In this document: one piece after another, positions 53,870 through 64,000 of the stretch
Layout: each line of letters starts with the position of its first letter
Numbering within the stretch: the stretch's first letter is position 1
Translations under genes and position numbers: made by a program
NCBI GenBank assembly: GCA_902588615.1
Contig: CACIPV010000001.1
Coordinates: forward strand, 90,682 to 154,681
DNA length: 64,000 nucleotides
DNA from: an uncultured Alphaproteobacteria bacterium
Lineage (GTDB): Bacteria > Pseudomonadota > Alphaproteobacteria > HIMB59
Direction: 5' to 3'
The notes under the pieces: generated by a model
What the model saw: the letters and a program-made list of their open reading frames with translations, nothing else
Databases searched by the model: none
Told to the model about the DNA's origin: nothing

Positions 53870-54867
53870 CTAGTAATATAACAAATGATTTTTTTGATAG
53901 AATGAGGATTGATAAGTGTATTGAAATAAAATCGACTAGTTAATTTTTTTTTATTTGGAATGTAAAAATTTTTTTGACTCATATCATGAGAGAGAAAATA
54001 ATCTAAATTAAATTTTTGATGTTGATCTCTTGATATTAAATGAGGAGTAAAATAAACATTATTACTATAATACAAGATTTCATTTACTGAACCTGAACCA
54101 GATCTTGAAAGTATTAAATCGTATTCCTGTGGATTCAAATCATCTTTAAAGGAAAAGAATTCACAATTATTTTCATCTAAAAGATCTAAATATTTTTTTT
54201 TTAAAACTTTGATATGAGAATCAGGTATTTGAATAAAGAATTTAATGTTTTTTAAATATGACCTGTTAATATTTGTTATTGCTTTTAGCATTATATTATT
54301 CAAATCTAATGAACCAGCACTTCCGCCCATTAGCAAAACATTTATAAAGTTATGATCGAGTTTTTCTCTAAATTTATTTCTATTAATAAAAAAATTACCA
54401 ACAAATATTTCTTTGCTACGTATATTATCTTTTGGAAATGAAATAAATGAATTATTGGCAATAAAATAGTTTATTTTATTTGCTAATCCATAGATTACAT
54501 TTTGTTCATGAATATAAATTTTATTAAATGATAAAAAAAAAATATTAAATAATTTTGAAATTATCAAAACAGGAGTTGTGATAAAGCCACCAAAGCCTAT
54601 CAAAATTATTCTTCTATTAGATAAAAATATAAAGGTTACTCTCAATAATAAATTTAGAATAAAAAAAAACTTATTTTTTGATTTTAAAATAATTTTATTT
54701 ATTTTGTTACTTTCAATTTTTCCTAAATATTTTTTTCCTATTTCATTCGTGATAAAAAGAATGTTATTTGGATCTTTTACAAGACTTAAGTTATTGATAC
54801 ACGCTAGAGCAGGTAAGATATGACCACCTGAAGATCCTGCTATCACAATAAATTTAATTTTTTTCAA
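53866..54867 (-). CDS. murG: MurG glycosyltransferase (divergent)
   Basis: GGHILPA, GFGGF, HEQN, GGSAGS, SRSG, DQHQ..N. Confidence 0.85.
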   Translation of the reverse strand: MKKIKFIVIAGSSGGHILPALACINNLSLVKDPNNILFITNEIGKKYLGKIESNKINKIILKSKNKFFFILNLLLRVTFIFLSNRRIILIGFGGFITTPVLIISKLFNIFFLSFNKIYIHEQNVIYGLANKINYFIANNSFISFPKDNIRSKEIFVGNFFINRNKFREKLDHNFINVLLMGGSAGSLDLNNIMLKAITNINRSYLKNIKFFIQIPDSHIKVLKKKYLDLLDENNCEFFSFKDDLNPQEYDLILSRSGSGSVNEILYYSNNVYFTPHLISRDQHQKFNLDYFLSHDMSQKNFYIPNKKKLTSRFYFNTLINPHSIKKIICYITR

Positions 54868-55129
54868 CGACTATCTCTTTCAAAACTTTATTTGTTTTAA
54901 TATCTATAATTTGAAATATTGCTTTATCATCCCAAATATATTTTTGCTGATATTGATTTTCATTGATTAAGAAAACATCATCTAATTCAATATTTTTATT
55001 AGTAATGTTTGTTGAATTATAGTTTTTACTCATTTTATAGAAAACGCCAAAAATAATTGCTATTATTCCTGCAATTAATAATAAACCTTGAATTATAACT
55101 AAACTAATTAGAAGTTTTTTTTTTAACAT
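54854..55129 (-). CDS. Small single-TM hypothetical protein
   Basis: One N-terminal TM helix; divergent from rluD and overlapping the murG start. Confidence 0.7.
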   Translation of the reverse strand: MLKKKLLISLVIIQGLLLIAGIIAIIFGVFYKMSKNYNSTNITNKNIELDDVFLINENQYQQKYIWDDKAIFQIIDIKTNKVLKEIVVEKN

Positions 55130-55136
55130 ATATCCA

Positions 55137-55886
55137 ATGATTAAATCTTACAATTATAAAGATTTTACAATAGAAATATTATATGAGGATAGTTATATAG
55201 CAATATTAAATAAACCTTCTGGGCTTTTAACACATAAAAAAAATGGATTAGATAATAGCCCTAACTTACAGGAAAGTCTTAAAGACCAATTTAAAATAGA
55301 CGATAACGAGTATTTAAAGGAGGGGATTGTTCATCGTCTTGATAAAGATACAACTGGCATTATAGTTATAACAAAAAATCGTAATTCAAAAAATAAATTT
55401 AAGGAAATGTTTAAAAATAGAAATATAAAAAAAAATTATCTTGCTTTTACATATGGTGTGCTTAATCAAAGGCAAGTTGAAATCAACAAAAATATATCCA
55501 GGAATAAAATTCAAAGGACAAAATTTAATGTATCAGATAATCTTGGAAAACAAGCAATCACAAAAGTTTCTAACATAAAAACTTTTCACGGTTCAATTAG
55601 TCTTCTAAATTGTGAAATTATAACTGGTAGAACTCATCAAATTAGAGTACATCTTTTGAGTTTAGGACTGCCAATTGTTGGTGATAAAGATTATAAGCTT
55701 AACAAAGAGGAAAAATTTCGATTAACCAATATGGCTACTAGTCAAAAGGATTATATTTTATTATTTCCACGACAAGCATTACACTCCCATAAAATAGAAT
55801 TTGATCATCCAATTATAGAAAAACATATTAAAATTACTTGTGATTTACCTGATGACATGAAAGATTTAAGCGCAAATTTGCAATGA
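55137..55886 (+). CDS. RluA/RluD family pseudouridine synthase lacking the S4 domain
   Basis: NKPSGL, VHRLDKDTTG, TGRTHQIRVH, RQALH; only 249 aa. Confidence 0.92.
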   Translation: MIKSYNYKDFTIEILYEDSYIAILNKPSGLLTHKKNGLDNSPNLQESLKDQFKIDDNEYLKEGIVHRLDKDTTGIIVITKNRNSKNKFKEMFKNRNIKKNYLAFTYGVLNQRQVEINKNISRNKIQRTKFNVSDNLGKQAITKVSNIKTFHGSISLLNCEIITGRTHQIRVHLLSLGLPIVGDKDYKLNKEEKFRLTNMATSQKDYILLFPRQALHSHKIEFDHPIIEKHIKITCDLPDDMKDLSANLQ

Positions 55887-56776
55887 ATATTGAAAATAAA
55901 AATTTACTACCTGTTATTACCTCTGAAAATGACATTTATCCCTATTTGAAAAAAATTAATCAGTTTCCTATTTTATCAGATGAAGAGGAAAAAAGGCTTG
56001 CAATAGATTGGCTTAAAAATGGAGATACAAGAGCTGCTCAAAAGCTTGTGACAAGTCATTTGAGATTAGTCGCAAAAATTGCTATGGGCTACAAAGGTTA
56101 TGGTTTACCGTTATTTGATTTAATTTCTGAGGGTAATTTAGGACTTATCCAAGCAATAAGAAAATTTGATCCTGAAAAAGGTTTTAGATTAGCTACTTAT
56201 GCAATATGGTGGATTAGAGCATCTATTCAGGAGTATGTCTTACATAGTTGGTCTCTTGTTAAAATAGGAACTACTGCAGCCCAAAAAAAACTTTTTTTTA
56301 ATCTTCGAAGACTTAGAAATCAACTAAAAAAATATGAAGATGGGTACCTAACTAACGATCAGATTAAGTCTATTTCTGATGATCTTGGAGTGACTGAAGA
56401 GGAAGTTAAGCAAATGGAAGGAAGGGTATTTAATCAAGATTTCTCATTAAACACCCCTTTAAATGATGAAAATGACTCAGAATGGATTGACCAAGTAGAA
56501 GATGAAACAATTGATACTGTTTCAAAAGTTGAACAAAGTGATGAATTAAAAAAAAGAAAAGCGCTTTATAATCAGGCTGTAACAAAACTTGAACCAAGGG
56601 AATTAGAAATTTTAACTGCAAGACGATTAGATGAAGAGCCTAAAACATTAGAAGACCTTAGCCAGAAATATTCAATAAGTAGAGAAAGAGTTAGGCAAAT
56701 AGAGAATAAAGCAATAAAAAAACTTCAAGAAGAAATCAAAATTATTACAGATCAGAAACTTTTAACTAAATCTTAA
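55883..56776 (+). CDS. rpoH: RNA polymerase sigma-32
   Basis: RpoH box QKKLFFNLR; WSLVKIGTT. Confidence 0.96.
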   Translation: MNIENKNLLPVITSENDIYPYLKKINQFPILSDEEEKRLAIDWLKNGDTRAAQKLVTSHLRLVAKIAMGYKGYGLPLFDLISEGNLGLIQAIRKFDPEKGFRLATYAIWWIRASIQEYVLHSWSLVKIGTTAAQKKLFFNLRRLRNQLKKYEDGYLTNDQIKSISDDLGVTEEEVKQMEGRVFNQDFSLNTPLNDENDSEWIDQVEDETIDTVSKVEQSDELKKRKALYNQAVTKLEPRELEILTARRLDEEPKTLEDLSQKYSISRERVRQIENKAIKKLQEEIKIITDQKLLTKS

Positions 56777-56777
56777 A

Positions 56778-58031
56778 TTACTTAATAATTGTTTGATTTC
56801 TTTCAGGCCCTAATGAAATAATTTTAATTGGAATACTTAAGTATTCCTCTATATATGAAATAAATTTTTTAAGATTTTCAGGTAAGTTTTCAAAATTACT
56901 CAAATCTTTAATTTCACCCCAACTTGAAAATAACTCAAAGTCATTATCGTCTAGAGACAACGACTCCAATATGCCACTATCACTAAAATTTACTTCCTCA
57001 TATTTTTTTGAATTATAGCTTTTGCATACTTTGATTTCTGAGAGATTATTTAATACATCAGCTTTAGTTATGCAAAGTTCATTAACACGATTTATTTCAC
57101 AGCTATACTTTAAAGAAACTAAATCAAGCCAACCACACCTTCTTTTTCTTTTTGTAACTGTGCCAATTTCGACACCTTTCTCAGCGATATAATCCCCAAC
57201 ATTATCAAATAATTCAGATGGGAATGGTCCATTGCCAACTCTAGTAGCGTACGCCTTAAATATTCCAATAGTTTTATAGTCAACTTGCATTGCTGAACCA
57301 ATAACAATATTAGATGAGACAGTGTTTGAGGAAGTTACAAAAGGATAAGAGCCATGATCTAAATCAAGAAGTGCCCCTTGAGCACCTTCAAATAATATTT
57401 TTTTATTTTTAAATTCTTTTTTGATAAAAGAATTATCAACAATTAATTCCTTAACTAAATCATAAAATCTCAATAATTCTTGGACTGTTTTATCAATATT
57501 AATTTTACTTTCATCAAAACTTTCAAGAATAGGGTCATAATACTTTTTAATTGTCTCTAATTTTTCTCCAATTATATTTTTAGATTTTAAATCATAAAGT
57601 TTAATACTCTTCCTTCCAACTTTATCTTGGTATGCAGGTCCAATACCTTTAGAAGTAGTTCCAATTTTTTTATCGTTTTTTAAAATTAACTCATTAATTT
57701 TATCTAATTGCTTATGATACTCTAAGATAAGAGATATATTTGAAGACAAAAAAATCTTAGGACTCTCAATCTTTTTAGTAATTTGATCATACTCATTATA
57801 AAAATGATAAGGATCTAGTACAACACCTTGACCCAAATAACAAACTTTTCCTCGAATTACGCCGGATGGAATAAGATTTAATTTATAAGTTGTGTCATCA
57901 ACAATAACAGTATGACCCGCGTTATTACCACCTTGATATCTTACAACCAAATCAAATTCTTCTGAAAGATAATCAACTATCTTACCCTTGCCCTCATCAC
58001 CCCATTGAAGTCCTATAACAGCTGTGTTCAT
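56778..58031 (-). CDS. purA: Adenylosuccinate synthetase
   Basis: QWGDEGKGK, GGNNAGHT, EGAQG, RRCGWLD. Confidence 0.97.
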   Translation of the reverse strand: MNTAVIGLQWGDEGKGKIVDYLSEEFDLVVRYQGGNNAGHTVIVDDTTYKLNLIPSGVIRGKVCYLGQGVVLDPYHFYNEYDQITKKIESPKIFLSSNISLILEYHKQLDKINELILKNDKKIGTTSKGIGPAYQDKVGRKSIKLYDLKSKNIIGEKLETIKKYYDPILESFDESKINIDKTVQELLRFYDLVKELIVDNSFIKKEFKNKKILFEGAQGALLDLDHGSYPFVTSSNTVSSNIVIGSAMQVDYKTIGIFKAYATRVGNGPFPSELFDNVGDYIAEKGVEIGTVTKRKRRCGWLDLVSLKYSCEINRVNELCITKADVLNNLSEIKVCKSYNSKKYEEVNFSDSGILESLSLDDNDFELFSSWGEIKDLSNFENLPENLKKFISYIEEYLSIPIKIISLGPERNQTIIK

Positions 58032-58738
58032 TTAATTAATTCAGCTATGTAGTCTACATTGCATGAAAAACCAAAACCTTCAATTTTTTTTTTGTTTTTT
58101 TCATATTTATAACCACCACCTTGAGCTAATATTTTTTTTGTGGAATTTGAATAAACGTAAAAAAAAATATCCTGATGATAGTCTTGAGAAAAAAAATCTT
58201 TTTCTAAATTTAATTCAAAAGGAGAGTCAATTTTTTTTTTAAAAATATTGATAAATTTATAAATATTATTTTTGTGACTAATACTATTTAAAAGATATCT
58301 TTTATTTTTTGATATTTTTGGATCAGTAAAAACATAAGTATAATTTTTTTTTATAATTTTTTTAAGAAACTTATCTAAGATCTGTAAGACTTCTTTGAAA
58401 GAGTCATTTTTAGATAAATTAATAATTTCAACACCATGTTGTCTAAACTGCTTAATATTATCACTGTTCATATTATCTTTTTTAAAAACATCTCCCATAT
58501 AATAAAGGAAGTGTTTAGATTTTGAGTCATGAGTTAAAATTGTGTTAATAACCTGACCTGTAATATCTGAACGAAGAGTTGCATCTGATAGTGATTTTAA
58601 AGATTTATCTTCAATAACAGATGTAAAAATTCTTGAAAATTTCTTATTCGCACTTACAGTTTTAGTAAATAAGTTATCCAAATTTTCATATTTTTTTGCT
58701 GTAAGCGAGTATTTTGTGTCAAAAGAATTAACAAGCAT
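58028..58738 (-). CDS. hisZ: HisZ-like ATP-PRT regulatory subunit (reduced)
   Basis: LRSDIT, YMGDVF, QFRQHGVE, GGGY, GFGFS; directly upstream of purA. Confidence 0.7.
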   Translation of the reverse strand: MLVNSFDTKYSLTAKKYENLDNLFTKTVSANKKFSRIFTSVIEDKSLKSLSDATLRSDITGQVINTILTHDSKSKHFLYYMGDVFKKDNMNSDNIKQFRQHGVEIINLSKNDSFKEVLQILDKFLKKIIKKNYTYVFTDPKISKNKRYLLNSISHKNNIYKFINIFKKKIDSPFELNLEKDFFSQDYHQDIFFYVYSNSTKKILAQGGGYKYEKNKKKIEGFGFSCNVDYIAELIK

Positions 58739-60080
58739 CTGAAACTACTTTTATTATTTGTTTTTTTAATTTATTAAGAGTAATTACTTTTATATTTCTT
58801 TTATGATATTGCAAGTTTACTCTTAATAGTGGCTCTGTTCCAGAGGGACGAACATTGTAATAAATATTTAAATTTTTTAATAGATTATTAAGTTTCTTAT
58901 AAATATTTTCTTGATTTAAGTAAAATCTTTCGCGATCTATTTTTTGATTTATATTTAATTCTTCAAGTAAATCTATACCATTTCTCAATACTGATAACTT
59001 TTTCTTCTCTTTAAGCATTAATGTGAGTAATCTAATAGCAGTTGCCATTCCATCTCCAATTAAAATGTCATCTTTAAATATAAAATGTCCTGATGGCTCG
59101 CCTCCAAAGAAATATTTATTATCTAGAATTTCCTTTAAAATATTTTTATCACCAACTTTTACACGTTTTAATTTAAGACCTAATTTCTTTAATGCTATAT
59201 CAAGACCATGATTTGCAATTTCGTTAGTAACTAACACAGAGCCTTTTTTTATCTTTTTTTTATATAAATAATATTTGGCAAAAATAAAAATTATTTCTTC
59301 TCCATTTAAAACATTACCTTTTTCATCAATAATAGTAACTCTATCGCCATCTCCATCTAAACAAATTCCGATATCACATCTTTTTTTTTTAACCAAATCT
59401 GATGCTTTATGAGGAAATAAAGAGCCACAGTTTTGATTAATATTTGTGCCAGAGGGATTATTACCAATGGTATGCAAGTCTAAACCTAATTCAAACAAAA
59501 CCTCTGGTGCTACCTTATAAGAAGCTCCATTTGCACAATCTAACGTTACTTTTAATTTACTATAATTAAGATTTCTATCTGCACTATGTTTAAGTGCTTC
59601 GGAATATCTTCCTAATGCGTTTTTAAGTCTTATAGCTTTGCCATAACTTGACTGTTTTATTTTAAAGTTATCAAAGTCGAAATTAAAAAATAAATCTTCA
59701 ATTTTATTTTCCTCCTCTAGAGAAATTTTTAAACCTTGATTGGAAAAGAATTTTAGTCCGTTATCTTTGTATGGATTATGAGAAGCCGTGATCATTACTG
59801 AAAAATCTGCTCTTAATGACTTACCTAAAACTGTCAGGGCCGGAGTGGGTAAAGGCCCTACTAAAATTACATCAATTCCCATTGATAAAAAACCTGATGT
59901 TAAAGCTGGTTCAAATATATATCCGGATAGTCGAGTATCTTTATTGATAACCACTCTTGAGATTGAATTTTTCTTTCTCAAAACAAGCGCCGAAGCTTTA
60001 GCCAGTTTAAGCACGTTTTCAGGTGTTAGAGGATACTTTCCTACCTCACCTCTGATCCCATCAGTACCAAAGAGCCTCAT
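58728..60080 (-). CDS. glmM: Phosphoglucosamine mutase
   Basis: FGTDGIRG, TASHNP, DGDGDR, GGEPSGH, RPSGTEP. Confidence 0.95.
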   Translation of the reverse strand: MRLFGTDGIRGEVGKYPLTPENVLKLAKASALVLRKKNSISRVVINKDTRLSGYIFEPALTSGFLSMGIDVILVGPLPTPALTVLGKSLRADFSVMITASHNPYKDNGLKFFSNQGLKISLEEENKIEDLFFNFDFDNFKIKQSSYGKAIRLKNALGRYSEALKHSADRNLNYSKLKVTLDCANGASYKVAPEVLFELGLDLHTIGNNPSGTNINQNCGSLFPHKASDLVKKKRCDIGICLDGDGDRVTIIDEKGNVLNGEEIIFIFAKYYLYKKKIKKGSVLVTNEIANHGLDIALKKLGLKLKRVKVGDKNILKEILDNKYFFGGEPSGHFIFKDDILIGDGMATAIRLLTLMLKEKKKLSVLRNGIDLLEELNINQKIDRERFYLNQENIYKKLNNLLKNLNIYYNVRPSGTEPLLRVNLQYHKRNIKVITLNKLKKQIIKVVSDAC

Positions 60081-60107
60081 TAAGGATATTTAATATTGGA
60101 CTTATCG

Positions 60108-62036
60108 TTAATTTGGAAGAGGAAAATCTTGATCTTTTGTAAAAGATGGTAAAGGACCTTTATTAACTTTCGCTTTTTGATTATCAGAGTCATCTGAGCT
60201 ATCAGATGTTAAATCATCATCCCTTTTCGGTTTAATACCCTTAATTAAATTTTTAATTTCTTCACCAGTCAGAGTTTCAAATTCTAAAAGTCCTTTAGCT
60301 ATAATATGAAGGTCTTTAATATTTTCCGTAAGTAACTTTCTAGCTTTTGACTCTGCATCCTCAACGAGGCGAATAACCTCTTGGTCAATTATTCTTGCAG
60401 TTTCCTCAGAAATATTTTTTGATTGCGTAACTGAGTGGCCCAAAAACACTTCCTCCTGATTACCAGTATATCTAACTCTTCCCAATTTATCGCTATAGCC
60501 CATTTGAGTTACCATAGCTCTGGCCAAGTTTGTGACCTGTTGAATATCACCAGCTGCTCCAGAACCTATTTTTTCTGGACCAAATATTAATTCTTCAGCA
60601 ATTCGTGCTGCAACAGTAACCACTAATTTGTCTAAATATTCATCTTTACGATGAATTACTTTGTCTTGCTCAGGTACACTCATAACAAAACCTAAAGCCC
60701 TACCCGTAGGAATAATTGATGATTTATATATTGGGTCTGCATGTTTACAATGTAAGTTTGCTAAAGCATGTCCAGCTTCATGGTAAGCTATTACTTCCTT
60801 CTCGCTATCTGAAATTATTTTTGATTTATTTTGTGTTCCAAGCATTACTTTATCTTTTGCATCTTCAAAATCATCCATAGTTACAATTTTCTTATTCTTT
60901 CTAGCTGCTATAAGTGCGGCTTCGTTAACAATATTAGCCAAATCAGCTCCAGAGAAACCAGGAGTTGACCTTGCAATAGCTATAGTTTTAACAGATTTAT
61001 CCATTTTAATTTTTCTTGTATGTACTTTTAAAATTTTATCTCTTCCAATAATATCAGGGGCAGGTACTACCACTTGTCTATCAAATCTTCCTGGTCTTAG
61101 TAATGCTGGGTCAAGAACATCTGGCCTATTAGTTGCTGCAACAATAATTACTCCCTCATTAGCTTCAAAACCATCCATTTCAACAAGGAGTTGATTAAGA
61201 GTTTGTTCTCTCTCGTCATTACCACCCCCTAATCCAGCACCTCTGTGCCTTCCAACAGCATCTATTTCATCAATAAATATAATACAAGGTGCGTTCTTCT
61301 TACCTTGTTCAAACATATCCCTAACTCTACTAGCTCCAACACCTACAAACATTTCCACAAAATCTGATCCAGAAATCGAGAAGAATGGCACCCCAGCTTC
61401 CCCAGCTATTGCTCGAGCAAGAAGTGTCTTTCCGGTACCGGGAGGTCCAACCAAAAGAGCACCTTTTGGTATTTTAGCTCCCAATCTTTGAAACTTTTGT
61501 GGGTCTTTTAAGAAAGAAACAACCTCTTCTAATTCTTGTTTGGCCTCATCGATACCCGCAACATCGTTAAAAGTAACTCTTTGTTTATTTTCATTGAGTA
61601 ACTTTGCTTTTGATCTACCAAAACCTAGCGCCCCTCCACCCTTACCTGATTGCATTTGACGCATAAAAAATATCCAAACGCCAATTAAAAGTAACATTGG
61701 AAACCAAGAGACAAATATACTTAGCAGAGGATGCATACCGTTTTGTTCGGGTTTTGCGTTAATGGCAACCTGATTTTCGTTAAGAGTTTCTATTAAATTA
61801 GGGTCCCTAGGGGCGTATGTTGAAAAGTCAACACCATCCATAGTTTGACCAAAAATATTGTTTCCCTGGATTTCAACAGATTTAATTTCACCATTATTAG
61901 CTTTATCTAACAGTGTTGAATATGTGTAAGTTACTGAGGAGTAATCTCTTTGAGAGTTTTTAAATACATTGAATAACCCAAGCAAAATAAGGCTTATTAT
62001 TATCCAGACAAAAATATTTTTTGAAAAATTTTTCAT
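60108..62036 (-). CDS. ftsH: ATP-dependent zinc metalloprotease FtsH
   Basis: Two TMs, [20 protein letters not shown]. Confidence 0.98.
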   Translation of the reverse strand: MKNFSKNIFVWIIISLILLGLFNVFKNSQRDYSSVTYTYSTLLDKANNGEIKSVEIQGNNIFGQTMDGVDFSTYAPRDPNLIETLNENQVAINAKPEQNGMHPLLSIFVSWFPMLLLIGVWIFFMRQMQSGKGGGALGFGRSKAKLLNENKQRVTFNDVAGIDEAKQELEEVVSFLKDPQKFQRLGAKIPKGALLVGPPGTGKTLLARAIAGEAGVPFFSISGSDFVEMFVGVGASRVRDMFEQGKKNAPCIIFIDEIDAVGRHRGAGLGGGNDEREQTLNQLLVEMDGFEANEGVIIVAATNRPDVLDPALLRPGRFDRQVVVPAPDIIGRDKILKVHTRKIKMDKSVKTIAIARSTPGFSGADLANIVNEAALIAARKNKKIVTMDDFEDAKDKVMLGTQNKSKIISDSEKEVIAYHEAGHALANLHCKHADPIYKSSIIPTGRALGFVMSVPEQDKVIHRKDEYLDKLVVTVAARIAEELIFGPEKIGSGAAGDIQQVTNLARAMVTQMGYSDKLGRVRYTGNQEEVFLGHSVTQSKNISEETARIIDQEVIRLVEDAESKARKLLTENIKDLHIIAKGLLEFETLTGEEIKNLIKGIKPKRDDDLTSDSSDDSDNQKAKVNKGPLPSFTKDQDFPLPN

Positions 62037-62073
62037 ATATCTAATATAGTTAGTGTTACTTACGTTTAAAGTA

Positions 62074-63027
62074 CTAAGTAAGATTTATACATGTTTTTTT
62101 ATTAAAGACACCAATTTTTCCTGAAAATACTGACATTTCTTTATTACTAATGAGGTGAGTTTTAAGTATTTTTAAAAAATTCTTGATGTTTTCATCTCTT
62201 ATTTGTTTTTTTAGTAAGTGACGATATTCGTAATAAAATGTCTGTACTATGATAAATTTAAGATCTTCATTTAGATAGTTGAACTTATTTGTGTCAATTT
62301 CAAAAATGTTATTTCTTTTTCTTTTAAAAAAATTTTTGTGTAGCTGATGCAAATGAAATATTTTAGAGAAATTTTGTCTTTCATTATTAATTTGATTAGA
62401 GAGTTTTTTTGAATACAAAAAATTTCTTATTTTGTTTCTTGTGTAATCTAACTCTAAGTTACTTCTATCATCAAACCATGTAAGTCTATTAAATAAGGCA
62501 TAAGTTTTGATTTGCTTTTTTGTATATTTCTTTAATGGTCGATGTAATTTGAGACTCTTATATTTATCTAAAAAAATATTTGATAATCCAGTAGCACTAG
62601 ATTGTTGGGTTTTTCTCAAGAAATAAGTTTCATTTAAGTCATCGAGATGGTGGCCCAAAAAAATGTGCTTTACATTTTTTTTTTTTGAAAATTTATATAA
62701 AAAATCATATCTGATAGATCTTGATTTATTTTGAAAACCTTTTGATTTATCCTTTAAAAACAATCTCTTAACGAAAAGATTTTTATTTGTAAGATTATAA
62801 ATGTTAATAAATTGTTTAATTTCATATTTTCCCTCAGATCTTATTTGGTGATCAAATATCATATAATAAATATTTTTTTTATTAAAATATTTTGATCTAA
62901 TTATTGCATCATATAGGACTGTACTATCCAAACCACAAGAAATTGAAATCAATATTTTGTCGTTAGCTTTAGTATTATTTTGAAGGTAATTCTTTACACT
63001 ATGAGAAAGTGATACTTCTTCAGTCAA
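62074..63027 (-). CDS. tilS: tRNA(Ile)-lysidine synthase
   Basis: SCGLDS PP-loop, DHQIR, GHHLDD..ET, RPL, D.SN...RNKIR. Confidence 0.92.
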   Translation of the reverse strand: MTEEVSLSHSVKNYLQNNTKANDKILISISCGLDSTVLYDAIIRSKYFNKKNIYYMIFDHQIRSEGKYEIKQFINIYNLTNKNLFVKRLFLKDKSKGFQNKSRSIRYDFLYKFSKKKNVKHIFLGHHLDDLNETYFLRKTQQSSATGLSNIFLDKYKSLKLHRPLKKYTKKQIKTYALFNRLTWFDDRSNLELDYTRNKIRNFLYSKKLSNQINNERQNFSKIFHLHQLHKNFFKRKRNNIFEIDTNKFNYLNEDLKFIIVQTFYYEYRHLLKKQIRDENIKNFLKILKTHLISNKEMSVFSGKIGVFNKKTCINLT

Positions 63028-64000
63028 TAATTAAACCACAATCTTTTTCTGATTGGAGAGATTTTGCAGACTCAATTACATCTTTGCTTTCTAAATAATC
63101 ATTTGAAAAAATAAGATCTTCCATTATTAAACATCCATTTTCTTGATCTCCAATACTAAAAAGAGACTTTCCAAGCCAAAAGTAATTTTCAGACTTAAAT
63201 CTAGAGAATGATGAGAAATCTCTGTGTCTTATTCCAAAATATTTTACTGCTTCAATGATTTCATTCTCCATAAAATAAGTCCTGCCAAGAAGATAATAAG
63301 TTTCAGCTAGATATTCATCTTGATCAGTATTTGAATTAATTATCAACAGTAAACTTTCAATTGCAGACTTGTTATCAAAACTTGCAAAGCTTGTTTTTGC
63401 ATTTTTTAACTCTAATTCAACGTCAATTATTGGCTTATTAAGCTCTATTTCTCTTTCTTCTATTAGCATTTCTAAATCATTAAGCATTGAGGTGTTCACT
63501 TCTGAGATAGATTTTATCTCTATTACATCTAATTCCTCCTTTTCAAGATCTAGTGAAGAAATTGCCTCATCAGACTCCTCATTTGGCATTTCTATCTTTT
63601 TTATTTCATCTCCATCAAGGTCAGACAGGCTGATTTGTCCTAATATTTGATCATCCTCTGAATTCTCTACAATATTTGAGGAGCTCTCTTCTATGTTTAA
63701 TTGATCAGATGCACTAGTAATTTTTTTTATGTCAGAGTCAGATGATGTATATAAAGAATAAAGATTTTTTACATCATCTTTAATATCTGAAATTTGTTCT
63801 TCTAATGAAATGATACTTTTTGAAATCTCATTGATTAATATTTTTAATTCATCTAAATTATTTTTTGCATCTGAGTTAACATTATTACTTAGTGATGACT
63901 CATTTTTATAAACAAACTTTTGAAGATCAATTATGTCATTTTTAATTCTGTCTATTTCTACAGATACTTGATTGTGATTTTCAGAATTAGATTGGTAGCT
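63020..64000 (-). CDS. Tol-Pal associated CpoB/YbgF-like TPR protein (5' end outside window)
   Basis: Frame is stop-free from 64000; coiled-coil N-region, C-terminal TPRs (YYLLGRTYF, FWLGKSL); sits upstream of tilS-ftsH. Confidence 0.75.
   Translation of the reverse strand, partial: SYQSNSENHNQVSVEIDRIKNDIIDLQKFVYKNESSLSNNVNSDAKNNLDELKILINEISKSIISLEEQISDIKDDVKNLYSLYTSSDSDIKKITSASDQLNIEESSSNIVENSEDDQILGQISLSDLDGDEIKKIEMPNEESDEAISSLDLEKEELDVIEIKSISEVNTSMLNDLEMLIEEREIELNKPIIDVELELKNAKTSFASFDNKSAIESLLLIINSNTDQDEYLAETYYLLGRTYFMENEIIEAVKYFGIRHRDFSSFSRFKSENYFWLGKSLFSIGDQENGCLIMEDLIFSNDYLESKDVIESAKSLQSEKDCGLIID

Noticed and set aside
49260..62700. Long A/T homopolymers as phase-variation sites
   Set aside because: Abundant because of base composition; all affected frames are intact.
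12520..63650. Many 60-125 aa antisense or alternate-frame ORFs (e.g. 17219, 25778, 45730, 48383, 59788)
   Set aside because: Shadow frames of well-supported genes with no motifs of their own.

Overview
Very AT-rich, tightly packed chromosome segment of a streamlined alphaproteobacterium. By inference it is Pelagibacterales-like, and the linked 16S-Ile-Ala-23S-5S operon, moaA and gpmA fit the AEGEAN-169/HIMB59 type better than SAR11 sensu stricto. Most of the window is core genome: moaA-nadK, one rRNA operon, five intact tRNAs, purBCSQL, rpsD, cimA-cysS-gltX, glmUS, an agmatine/putrescine cluster (aguAB, potFGHI, puuA/puuB-like), fumC, the distal half of the dcw cluster, rluD-rpoH, purA-hisZ-glmM-ftsH-tilS-cpoB. 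The best candidate for an undescribed system is a 2,488-bp integrase-less mini-element at tRNA-Leu(TAA). It duplicates the 5' half of the tRNA plus a structured leader, breaks at the anticodon arm, carries matching triplets of TCGYAAT arm-like repeats inside both ends, holds four orphan genes, and appears to follow an older cassette remnant. Other oddities are several possibly eroded pseudo-enzymes, 23S rRNA helix deletions and head-to-head genes only 2-7 bp apart. All product calls come from motif recognition by eye; no searches were run.
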